NCBI GenBank assembly: GCA_030141605.1
Contig: JAQGDQ010000757.1
Span: 1 to 64,000, forward strand
Direction of reading: 5' to 3'
Source: Tubiluchus corallicola
Taxonomy: Eukaryota > Animalia > Priapulida
DNA length: 64,000 nucleotides
In this document: positions 1 to 13,700 of the stretch, piece after piece
How the letters are laid out: each line of letters begins with the position of its first letter
Numbering within the stretch: position 1 is the stretch's first letter
Notes under the pieces: model-generated
The model's input: the letters and a program-made list of their open reading frames with translations, nothing else
Database searches by the model: none
What the model was told of the DNA's origin: nothing
Translations under genes and position numbers: made by a program

Positions 1-214
1 ACAAGTAGTTACGTGCATAAGATCACGTGACAGATGTAGTTAAGACGCGCTGCGTTCACTTAATCTTTGACTGACAGCAACTGCGCGTACGCATAGCGAA
101 ACTACGGAAAGGCTTATTATCATGAAGATATTTAATATACAAAAAATTGTAATAACAAATCTAACAGAAATTAAAATAAATATATGTTAAACAAACAATT
201 TGTATCATACGCAC

Positions 215-1684
215 CTCAACCATCTCAATCCTCTGTTGTGTGGAAAATACTGATTCCTGAATTTCTGCCAATTTTACCTTGAACTGGGCTGTGGACTGCA
301 ATACTTGTGTTGTATCTTGCTCATACTTTTGCCACAGACTGCATAATGTTTTTAACTGACTCACTTTAGATGAGAGCTAAAAATACAAAAAGAAGGAATT
401 TGTCATTTATAAGTAAACTTACTTATAATAATGACTTTATTAACTGTAGCACAATGAAACTTTTTCTTGAGGTGAAAGCGTGCAATGCAGCCAAATTGTT
501 AGGATCAAGTTTTCTGTTACCATCAAGTACTAACTTAAATTTAGCATTTTTTATGTAGGCGCAGTTTCTATAGTTCATGTATATACAAACCTTTGTATAT
601 AGAAACCAATACCTTTTGTTTCTAAATACTTTTCATACTGTTTAAAGTGGCATTGATCATGGCAAAGAAATTTGCTGAAACCTTGGACGTTAATAATACT
701 TGTGTGCTTTTAATGATGCAAATTTAATTCTTAATTACAAGATCAGTAACAAATTACTTGGATGCTTCTCATCTTATTCACTCTACAAACAATTTCTTTG
801 ATGCTACTCTCAACTTATTAATATAACATAATTGCTTAATTGGTAACTTCAACAAAGATACAGAATAGCTAAATATTATAATAAATTAATATTTGTGTGA
901 AAAATTTAATCAATTATCATTTTGAGGACAACACAAATTAGGATAGACCTGAGTAGATACAGTCGCATATTTGGCTTCCAATTCTTGAATGCCACTCAAC
1001 ACATGAGCAGCGTATTCTGGCGTGCAGAATTCGCATAAAGATGATGTGACTGAATGTAGCAAATCCAAGTCTCTGACAATGTTGTTCAATTTTTGTTGAC
1101 ACATCTGCAAGATATTAATACCTTTGTCAAAGTTCTGACACAGGAGTCTGAATAACCATGATCGGCCCATAGTTTGTAGCAAGCATAACTTTAACTAGAT
1201 GGACAGATAAGTAAACTTAGAAAAACATGAACAGAATGTAACAAATCATCTACTACATGTGGACAACGAACACTAAATCAACGTTCTTTTCTTTGCATTT
1301 GGAGCTATAGTCCAAAACGCCTTAGAAATATAAACAGCTAACATTTTAATAAGCATATCTACATAATTAGACCAGACGGAGACATCTTTTTACATGGTTC
1401 AATCACTTATTAGAAATGAGGTCTAATTAGAAACAAAAACACCATCGATATAATGAACATAATAATGCAATTTATTTGGGATGTTTCAGCTCTTTAGCAG
1501 CCAGCCTCAGCCAATTAAAAATTTAAAACCTACAATACGAAAACAGAACAGATGATTATTTTTTAGAAAGTGCAAAATGATGACAAGTCAATAGCATACA
1601 TTCATTACAAGGAATAATAGCAGCAAACAATACAAGTGCATTAATTAGAAGACACACATGCACGCACGCACACACACACACACC

Positions 1685-1728
<44 letters not shown>

Positions 1729-4700
1729 CACACACATACATACACCTAACTTATTGACTAACCTGAGCATGCTCAAGCCCACAGTATGCCTTGTTACTAT
1801 CACTGTAAATGTAAGGCTTTTGCAGTTCTGCTTCAGCAAACCGTATTTCTTGTACAATCTGATCTGTGTATGATTCTTGCTGATCCCTCATTGCAATAAT
1901 GTTCTGTAAAGATACAATGATTAAAAAGACTAAGTTTTGTGAAGCATTTCCCTCTCTGGAGGGATTGTTGCAATACTATGTCTTAAAAACTAGTAGTAGG
2001 TAAATATTTTTCACATTTCATTAACAAAATTGTGGAAAAAAATCCAAAAAACACTGAGAGAATGATTCTATAGATAGTCACCATTTAAGAAAATTTGCTC
2101 TTTCAAATTAAAGTTTCTCGTGTTTTAGTTACTCTAAATTAAAAGTGGTGCCATTTAACAATATTATCAATTCCATAATAAAATATTAGGCAGATCAATA
2201 CAAACAATTACTCAGAAAACTCAATCGCATTAAACCATAACTACTAAAGGATTATAGAACTCGATTATAAAGGTATTTTTGCTCTAGAGCAAAGCTTAAC
2301 TAAAACATTGTGCTACTGAACAACATTATTGAATCCTTAACATGTCGAATTAACACAGGCAATTACCAAAAAAAACAAGCAAGTAGCAATTAAAAAACAG
2401 GACATTAACTGTAAAATTTTTGCTGTAAAAAACAGCATTGGTAACTTAAAATTAGCTAGATTATTTTAGGCTATTACCTTTAATACTGACATTGATTTCT
2501 CTGCAGGAACCTGTATATCTTCACTGGTCTTGCCCAAAATTTCTACAATTTCACCTACAAAAACTGGAGCAAATCGCGTTCCTTGCAAAAGGTGGCCTTT
2601 TTGAATTTGATCCGAAATTTCGCCGCTTTTTTCTTCCAATTCTTGTAAAATAGACTGCAAAGAAAAAATAAATGATAGTATTCACCTGTTAATTTGAAAG
2701 TATCGTATTTTTGCAAAGTAACACATTATTCTGCATTTAAGATCCTTTGACAATTTACAACTTATCAATGTAATCAAATTAGCTGGCCTTACTCAATGAT
2801 ATATTTTCAGATAACGAACTGTGATAATTTAATTAATAAACCTAACTTTTTATATGCAATCAACAATTATGAGTCAAACAGGATTCAATCTTAGAATCTT
2901 GCTAGATCATTTAGGCTAAGTTTATTAATTCTGGCTAACCACATTTTAATATATTTTCTTCATATGCTATACTGGAAAAATACCACTGAAGAAAGTGCTT
3001 TATCACGACCTAATCTTAAACTATAGCTCAGTAGAATCTACCCTACAAAATACTAAGAGGGAACATACTATTTTTTCCAAGAATGACTTACGTAAAAGAA
3101 TTATTATTGCAGAATTGAAAATTCATGTTCACGAGGCAATTTCTTTACTGTTACATGCATTGCCCCATTCTCTAGTCAGATGGGCACTAACGCCTGCATC
3201 TCACAGCATTGCGCAAAAAATGTGTGCTGTACTCACAGTACAGAGTTGTTCAGTTGCAACGCAGTGTACACATTGGATAGCAGTAAACTTGAAATTTGAA
3301 TTTTGAACTTAAAATTTGCTGAATTTTTGTATATTACATGGAATGTTGTACAGTAGTACCATACTTCAATTTTCGCTTTTGTAAACACATGCAACACACA
3401 CATGGAATATTTGTGCCGTTCAAAATTATGTTCAGTTGTGATGGCATCAAAAATTGGACGCGCTTGCAGTTAAATAAGATTTTAGCCTATTATTCAATTA
3501 TAATAAACGCACTGACATTATCACAGGTCTTAACATGTTCACCTTTTAGCTTACTTCAAAATGGAGTAGGAAATGAAAAATCATACTGATTTGTTCTAAG
3601 GAATTGCAAAAAGTTGACGATTAACAACATCTTCCATGCAAACACAATAAAAGTGCACAAACACATACTTGATGATCAGAGAGCATGTGCCGTACATTAT
3701 CTTTGCTTGCCACTCTTGGCTCTGCTATGATAGCAGCCTTAGCCTGTTTTAACCAGCACCGAACTGACTCAGTGTCTTGCAGGTAAGCATAACAAGAAGT
3801 TATTATGTCTAACTGGCCTGTGGTCATTTCTGAAACTAAAATACCATGTAACAGTACAGCATATTACACTTTAGAAAACATTATGAGCCAAGGTAACTGT
3901 ACAAAAATAAATAAAAATAACAAAATCTTATCAACAAATGCCCCACCATATTTCAAATCCACCAGATAGGCATCTACCAGTGGAAAAAAGAAAGAAAAAG
4001 GGAGTATTTGACCTAAATACCAACCATATTTCAATGGTTTCCGACAACAATAAGTTAATATGTGCAAATACTACTTTTGTTCTTTATGCTAACTGCTATT
4101 TTTTAGTTGCCAAATGTTTATACGTTAGAATTTTTTAGAACGTAGCATTTATTTGGCTTTTTCGTATCATGTATAGAAATTTACAGACACACAAGGTGCA
4201 ATAAACTGAAAGGTGAAAAACCAACAGGTCACTTAGCAACCACCCTTGTCACCTAGCAACCATCCTTATTTGCACTCTTGTTATTATTTTTATGTGTTGA
4301 AATCAAAGATGCTAATGGTATTATGACAAAAGACAACATTGTAACTTATGTTATTTGTGTGCTAAAATCAAGTTAGTAATCAAGTGTACATAAAATTCTT
4401 TCGCTTTTTTCAATTATTTCTTATAGTGAAAACACTCCTATTTGCATAACTACTTATGTGTCTGTTTGTTTATTTGTCTCCACCCACCTTTATCAGACAA
4501 TCAGTCTGACTATCTACTAAATTTAAAATTAAACAATTTTCTTATATTTTATTATGTGAAAATTTAAGTAACATAAAAAGCATACCAATTTTGGGCCGTA
4601 GATTCTGATAATGGTCAACCAACATCTGCAGTTTTGCTTCCTTGTCCATCACATATTTGGGAGGTGAATTTAGTTTAAGTCTCTCAAACTCCTCTTGCAA

Positions 4701-7700
4701 CCACAAAATCTTCCCTTCTTGTTGGATTGCATCCTCACATGCAGCCTGCATAAAAAGAAAAAGGTGAAAAAGACGTATTTTTGTAACCTGTACTTATTTG
4801 CTGTACTGTTTATGAACAAACTGACAGATCAAGTCACAAGATTGGAATTATCTGTTCATAACAGTTAACTGCATCTGTAAATCCAGTAAGTAAGAGGATT
4901 AGCCTGAAATAATGTTGATACATATTCAGATGAAGGTACTTCTAGAACCGCAGAAACAGTTCAAACAGTTTACATTTGACAGGATGTGTGTTTAACAATG
5001 AATTATTTGAAAAATGAAAAAAAGATACTACTGGCTTTCCGTAAGTAAATTTAACTTGTTATGTTATGATGTTATGTTATGTTATGTTATGTTATGTTAT
5101 GTTATGTTATGTTATGTTATGTTATGTTATGCTATGTTATGTTAACTTGTTATGTTATGTAAAACCAACTACAGCTTGTGCTGTTTGTTGTCTTTAAAAC
5201 TTCATTAAAATAATGACTATTATTACTAAAACAAGTTGAGAACACTTAATGTTAGTACTTTTTGGCATTAAGCTATTTTAAAAATTTTTCTCAGGTGTCA
5301 TGAACTTATGCTGTTTTAACAATAAAGCCAATTTGGGTACTGTAATCACAGTGAACAAATGAAAAAAATAAAAATTTGTCATTTACCATAAACTGGGTAA
5401 AAAGCAGTCGATTCTCACATGTCATTAATGTTTGTTGTTTAATTTGACCCAATGATGTATGCATCACATTCATCCATGATTGTAATGATGAAAACCTGTA
5501 ATTGTAGTTAGCAAACATATATGTCAGCAAACATATTTTTAATATCAGCATTAATGCTTAATGCTTATTTTTTGGAAAAACAAACACTAGCAGCCATTGA
5601 ATGGTTGTCTGTTACATGCAGTAATGGATGAATATAGTTACATGAAGTTTTCTTTTTTATAAACGTGGGAGGGTTCTTTATTATCAGAATTGAAAATGAA
5701 GCTCCAATGGGCTTAACTCAAATCTCTCCTGATCATGTTAGAATTTTTTGTATTTATTTGACTCCTATAACATCATTAAAATTAATTAAGGTTATTAAAA
5801 TTAGGCTGTCTAGGTGGTAAAAAAAAGTACACCTTTATGACTGGCAATGGCAGTGGCAATTACATGAAGCTGTAGATAAAAAATGTAATATAACCTCCCC
5901 AGAATTTTTATTCATTTGTTTATTTATTTATTTATTTTGCTGCATTTCACATTCTCACACATAAAAAATAGTAAATTAAAAATATGCAGTTAAAGATATT
6001 AGTCATACAAAGGAAATTCATGAACTCTGAGAGTTGCGAAGACTAAGTAGCAGCACAGAGTGTATCGAACCAGTGGCTAAAGTTGAAAAGTTGTTACTAT
6101 AGCCAATAACATCTATGACAGCAGTGATAAAAACTGTACAAATATAGTGAAAACTCATTAGTTTATACAGTGGTGATTTAATTACTAATGATTTGATAGA
6201 CTGCCAAAAACTCCAGATAAATAAATATAGTCAGAAAAACAAAAATTTGTACTGATTTGTACTTATTTTCCTTAATAACAGTTTTTACTTACACATTATC
6301 ATAATTTTGCCAAGGGTCAAGATCCTCCTGTTGCAACTGATGGTACAAATGTTCGATTCTGTTACGCAGTTGGTACCATGTTTTCTCATTCTCCTTAAAC
6401 TGCTTCTGGACAGATGCAGCGGGTTTAGGTATTTCTTCCCCCTAAAGTAGTTAAAGAAATTATAACTTTCTCAATAATTAAAAATGGGGAGAAACAAGGT
6501 AATTCTGTTGACTTTATTTATCTGCAGTAGCAGATTGAATCACACAATGTCAATAAGCATTATTAATTTGCAGTGTAAAATTAAAATGCTTTAAATACAC
6601 ATAATTATTAAAGGAATCATTTTAATTTTAAGAAACTTAGATGGTTTTATTACTCTTTACATAGTATAGAACATTCATGCAATGTCATTAAGCAATGCTA
6701 ATTTGCAATGTAAAACCAAAATACTTTAACAATACAAAATGGTTGAAAAAAATCATTTCATTTTATAATAATTTTACATATATGGAAAAGCAAGTTAATG
6801 AAGCTAGTATTATTGTTTCATAATAGCAGAATTGCAGGACGTCATTAAAGGCCTACACAACCCCAAAAGACGATGAGGTTTTTTAACATAAAAATGGCCT
6901 TAATTCAAATTTTCAAAATTAAATAACAGAAGGACAAAAATCAAAGAAAACAAATTTTTTAGTGAGTTCATAGTAAAATAAATATTGTATTTCTAACAAA
7001 CATAATATTTTGTGTTATAAAAGCTTGTATTATGGTAAGGGTTTAGTTTGATTTTAAGCATTGTTATTCACAATATTAAAACAATATATAAATTATTCAC
7101 AATAATTAAAATCGTTTTAAACACACATTTAACAGAACCTTGCAAAGCTCAATACCTGAGCAGAATACGAGGTTAGCTTTTGCGCTCGAGTCTTCATCTC
7201 ATTCAATAGCTTATCACAGTCAAGAATGTAGTTACTTGTTTGGAAGAATTGCTGTGAAAAAACAAAATTACTTCAACTTTCAACACATGCAGTTAGGGAA
7301 ACAACCAAAATCATAACTGGATAAAAAAAGTAATAGGAGCATATCATCAATCATATAAAAGCAAGAAAGCAATACTAAATTAGAAAATCTGAAAAAAAGT
7401 TGTATCTCCACTGGGATTTGAACCCAACACCTTCTGCCTTCCCAGCAACTTTGCTAACCAACAAACCACACAGAGATACACTAACTTCTTAAATTCAGAA
7501 ATTTAGACAATAAGCCACTAGCGGTCTATCTAAGGGGAATCGTAGTTCACACAGTGTCAAAACAGTATAAAATGAATCACGTAACTACACAAAAGCATTA
7601 CTAAATTACAAAAACTGGAAAACTTTTCCACTTCTACTGGGACTCAAACGTATAAGCAATTTATTTTTCAAATAAATGGTGAAATATTTACTCACAATGT

Positions 7701-10700
7701 GGCGTTTCAGTAAATCTGCTGTAGTTGATGATGCTTGCAGTGTGGCCTCTTCTTCGTTTATTTCATTTAGACCTTCTTTATAGAGCATGGTAAAGTAAGC
7801 CTCTGACCGCTCATATTCTAGGTTCATTAGTCGAATGGGTACAAAGTGTAATATTTCCTGAAAAGACATTAAAAGTAATAACAATTATAAAATTGATAAA
7901 GATTTTTTAAATGGCTATAAATTCAAATTTTTTCAAGCAAGTCATTTCAAATTTATTGTCACTCAGGAATTAAGCTTGCACAACCAGTCTGTAATGCAAA
8001 GAAATAGGTTACTTTCTTACTCCAGTTTCAGGACTAACTCATCCTCCCATTTTTTTGATAAAATTTCCACCACAACCAATTTTTAGCCATTTTTGCACCA
8101 TAACATTAGTTATAGTATAACAAAAGTAACCTGACAAAGCATCAAAAATTTCAGCTTCCTGGCTGCTATATAAGTTATGAGCTACAGCCTTTTTCAAACA
8201 AGCAAATCAAATAACTAAAGAAGGTATGACAGACCTCTTTATAAAATACTTCCAAAAATCTATTCTGAAATAACACTTTTCCGTGGTATTGCTTGACCAA
8301 ACTAAATAGTGAGTGTTTTAATCCAGGGTATCTGATTCTAATGCTAACCCACAAAAAATGAAAACAATTATTCTATTAAAAGCAATCAAAATAATTTTAC
8401 TACCTTTCAAAATATAACAAACTGTATAATTGTAGTAAAAAGAATAATTATATACCTTCCATGCAGTTTGCAGTTTTTCACATTTGTCAAGTATTCTTGA
8501 TGCATCTTTCTTATCTTCACACAGCTGACGCATCTCCTCAACGGACCACAGATATCGTTGTAGCAATCGATGGTCCACGTTACTAAAGAATGCCTGCAAA
8601 TGTAGGAAGTAACATGATGTTAACTATACAGCAAATTTTATGCAAGAATCAACAGAATGGTTATTCAGTATAGACAATACGGCCAGCACAATTTATCATA
8701 CGTTATTGAAGCACACGAGCACGTTACTCAAATCCATACATACCTGGTTTGACTATCTGATAAAATATATTTTATATTCCAACGCTAGAAAGATGAAAGA
8801 AGAACCTTTTTATTTAACAAAAATTATAGTTTCTGGCAGTACCAAACATACGTATATGCATGCGCAGCTATTATCACTACAGTTATGAGAAGACTATTAT
8901 CCAAACATTTAGCAGGATTTTTCAACAAATAAGTTTCTCTTATGCAGGGTCCTGCATTTGAAATTTTTGTGTCAAAAACATCTACTTCTCAAATCCTTTT
9001 AGAAGGTGTGTACACACTTTAAGGGATGTAATTGTGCACCCACCCTAATAGTTATTAATGATTTATGAAAGAATATCAACCAACCAGAATTTTATAAAAT
9101 TATCCAACAAATAAACACCATTTTACATCATTTTATATTAAACAACTACTTCTCTGAGCTTTTTAAAAGCTATTCTACATTCAGAATGAGTGGCAAGTGT
9201 CAAAGTGAAACATGTCGGAAAACTTAAACATTTGATATTCCTTTACCTTATGTTCAGAAATTCGTGTCTCCATGTCACTAGTCTTTTCTTCAATAACAGC
9301 TCTTGCATCTTGCAGCCACCTTTGTAGCTCAGCATCGTGACGTTTATATTTGCTGATTGAGGTAATTGCTTTTTCCACCTTGGCTTCCCAAGCGCTTGCT
9401 TCGTGTTGGTAACTCTAGAATTTATTACGAAAATTTACCCAAAAATTAAACTCTGTGTATATATCATTGTCATTAAAAGAACTATTAACAAAAATATCAA
9501 AAATAAATAACAGTGTATATAGTAGCATGAAAGACAAAATATGTTTGTAGTGTCTCAAGAGATCTACTATGCAATTTTAGAATTTGCAATTTCAAACCAT
9601 GAACCAGATCTTCCATAACTTACTTAAAGTCATACTAAACCCTCATTATAATATAAGCCTTTACAACTTAAAATCCTTATCTCAATTTATTTTATTATAA
9701 ACTTATGGTAAAAAATTGTTTCTTTTGACTTTTTTATCACTTCATTGTTAGTGGCATTAAATTTGCAGAACTGCCATTTTTCATTGCACAAGACGAATGA
9801 CATTATGGGTACAGTCACGAGGTCACCAAAGATCGGTAAACAAACATTGTAGACGCTTTCTGCATCACGTACGTCATTCTCACTCACTTGCACCAAAGAC
9901 GCGAAACATGGCAATCTTTACTGCAATTTATGCATTCAAAATTCACCAAGAAAGGTACGTTATTTAATATATAAGTCTCTTTTGTTTAACAGTAACTATG
10001 AATTCTTTGTGTAATCATAATAATGAGTTAAATAAACTTCAATGTCTGTTGGGGTTATTTGGGCTTTTAAAGGTATTATGGCTTCAGCAACAATTTTGAA
10101 AGATATGGCAACATCAGCACTCTTAAAAGTGAATCGTGTGTCATGAGGGACACCTATTGACAAAAAAGGGGAAAATTATAATCTGACACTCTTTTAAGTG
10201 TAAAAAAGCACTGGTTACACCTATACAGGTAGGGTAAAGAAATGACAATGATGCCACAAAACAAAAAGTTTACGGGATTGCATCATATGTATTCTGACAT
10301 AGCTTTTGCAGAAAGATGAAATGTAGTCTCAGCATCACAGTGAGCATACAAACTGTGTTGATAGATTGAGGCATAATCAATGGCTTTCTCATAGTATGTT
10401 ATCCTTCTATCCACCATTTATAGATCTACCCAATTCCCACAGAAATACAAAAGTATTAAGGAAGCAATATCAACCTGTGACTATCCTGCTCAAGAGTGGT
10501 ACCAGATCAGAATAATCTGTGTTAAATAAACTGACCAATGTTAGGTTAATGATGTTAGAACTCAACGATCTATAAGGTCAAGCCTACTAGATTGACCACT
10601 AAAATTGACCACCACCATAAGTTAACAGTGGCAGTGTACTTAAATATAATGCTCAGTGCACAATCATCTGGCACTTAGACGCAATTGAATAGGTAATACT

Positions 10701-13700
10701 TAGAGTTCTCTTTGAATCCTGGTATTAGTGGCTATCATTTCTAATCTGTTGCTCTAGTTGGCCTGTCATTGGGTAGCTAAAAATCTTAAAATAAGTGTTT
10801 CACACAATTGCTATTATTATAAAAGATTAACAAACAACTATGATTGTTTTTGTAAAGCTCACTTTTTACAGATCAAAATGCATAGCTACAGATATGAGAT
10901 CACTATAACTGTTCATTTTTAATTGGTTAATTTAAGAAAAAGTCAACATTCAAATTTGAGTGCTCAAAAAGCCTCAGTTTTGGAATTTGGCTACCAAAAA
11001 TTGAAATTTTTGAGTCCTCTTATTTTTGCCTGATCTAATTACTACTATCGTTAACACTAAAAATAACACTAATTTATAATGAATAGTAACAATAATATAT
11101 TAACTAATTGTTAAATAATATCCAACATGAATAACATTAATTAATAAGTCACTAATAACAGCTGGCATGGTAGCAAAGAAAGTTGCTTTATTTGCATAAA
11201 GCATCCTCCACATTCTCAATGTAAATGACAAGTAGTAACCTATAACAGCAGTGCACGTTTATTTTTAAGACACTAACTTGCCATTTACATTGAGAATGTT
11301 CTATGTGGAGTGAAACGTCTGTTAATATTAATAAAATAATTAATATTAACATCAGCGCTTACCACAAACTGTGTACCAAGTGCTACCCAATCAGTTTGAA
11401 GTTTCTCAGTTTTTAATAATCTTGCACCGGACTTTACAATGCTGTGAAGCAGACGACTATTTGCCTCCATGTTTGATCGAACTGCGATCGCTTCGGCAAA
11501 GCACGCCTGCAAAAATGATCATTGTGAACAATCTCTTGATTAATTTTACAAACTTTTTAGATATTGAATTGTGAGAAGCCAAAATTAATAAAATGACATT
11601 AACAATTGACATATAATCAGCAATTAGCATAACAGTTAAATAATTGCATGAGAAAAGCAGTGAAAATTGTAAATCAACAAGGATTTGAACCAAGAATCTT
11701 GCGGTATCAGGTCACATGCCATGCAATTTCAGCCAACAACTCTCACATAGCACATCAGGACTGATCTCTCATACCAGCAGCACAAAATCACATGTCAATC
11801 AGAAATACATATCTGCTGCAGAGTTAGTTAGTTTTAAAAAGAAAGATGCATTTGTTGTCTTTTATGCAGTTTATATGGCATCAACCCAAAACAAAATCTG
11901 TTTACCTAAAGACAACTTGCTTTAAAACCTGATAGAAAATAACAGAAATAATACCTTGTGCCTTTCCAAATTATGTTTCAAGGTATCTAAATCATCAATG
12001 GTTATTCGTGGTTTCAACGCTTGTTCATTTAGCCACTCTGACACTTTGTGCAGCCCAGCTTCAAGAGCTTGTAGACGTGGCAACAGCTCCCCGCGGAAGA
12101 TTTGGTGAGCATCGATTATTCCTCTTCTCACCTGAAAAAGGACCATGTGCAATAAAAATTAACCCAATAAACCCTCACGAAAGTAATACTAAAATAGAAA
12201 GTAACAATTTTTGCTCCAATAAGACTTGAACCCAGATCATCGACTTTCTGTACAGCTATGCTAATCATTATACGACAGAGAAACTTGCGTGACATTTCGG
12301 GTTTTATTCTGTAATAGAAATTTATTCTATAAGCCACAAGAGGTTTATCAGCTCTATCAGAGCATAGATTAACTTAGTAGTTAATTAGTAATTAGTAATT
12401 AATAACTTCAGGGCCATGAACATCTGCAACCACATCCTAGAATTAAAGTAGATTTAATGAGAAATGCTCAAAAAGATGATGGACGGATGATATCAAGGAT
12501 TGGATGGGGAGTAAGTTAGGGGAATGTACGGGTATAGAGGGAGTAAAAAGTCAATGGAGAGTACTGCTGCATGTATCCATTGCCCGCGAACCTCAGGACT
12601 GAGGATGGGAGAAGGCAAGTTAAGGAATTTAGTAATTTAGTAAATTATTAACTTAGTGTAGTAGTTAGTCTGTACACTGACCAATGTGATTTATGTTTAA
12701 AAAGTATATGAAGCTGTGCTATAAGAGTAATAAATAATTTACATAATGTATAAAGTTTTAAAAACAGTTCAGATCAAAGGCAAAAATAAAAACAAAAAAC
12801 AGGTTTAAAACAGGGATATTTTTTCAATGACAAGAATAAGAAACAATTAATAAAAAACCCACAATAAAAAGACTAAAAAATGCAAAATCCCTTGCAAGCT
12901 GTTTAGTTAAAAGGCTGCTAGTTTAAGTATTTGTGCTCATTTGTGGATTCGAAAAAGCGAAGCTACTAATATTAAAATATCAAAACATTAAAGTTTAAGC
13001 AATAGGCAGCCAGATTTCAAGAGTATTATCAAATTTCTCAAAGAAATGTTGTACTTTCAAAATCTTGTCTTTTAAATCTTTAAGCATTGAAAGCATAGTT
13101 GTGACATCTGTTGGTGAAGATTCCTTAACCAGCTCTTGCGCCATCTTAGACAAGGACAAGAACTCTTCTTCTTTTTCATCCAAGTGCTGAAGTAAACTCT
13201 GCAAAAAGCAAGCAAATTAAATCTCTAAAATGTTGTTGTTCCTGCGTGAAAATAGGTGCTATTGGAGGAGAACTACCTTATTTTAAACAACTATTTAACT
13301 ATAAACATGCTAAAATGAATAGCAGAAAGTATTGTAGCAACAGTATATCGTTACAATGAACTGCTATCCTTAATCGTACAAAACTCATGTTCAAGACACA
13401 TGTGACAAATTTGTTCATTATTGAGAAGCCAGTGACCAGAAATCGCATTTAACACAAATCCCAAGTAGGAACAGCTGATCAGAATAATTAATTAATTAAT
13501 TAGTTTCTATATTTTTAAGAGGCTTGTAAATTACACTGTAAATGTTACACAATTTTTTCTAATTAATGCAGTAAAGCAAAAACTTGGGACATCACATGGA
13601 AACAAAACAATGTTCCAGTAAAGCATAAACTTAGGACATCACATGAAAACAAGACAACATTCCAGTAATGCAAAAACTTGGAACATCACAAGAAAACAAG

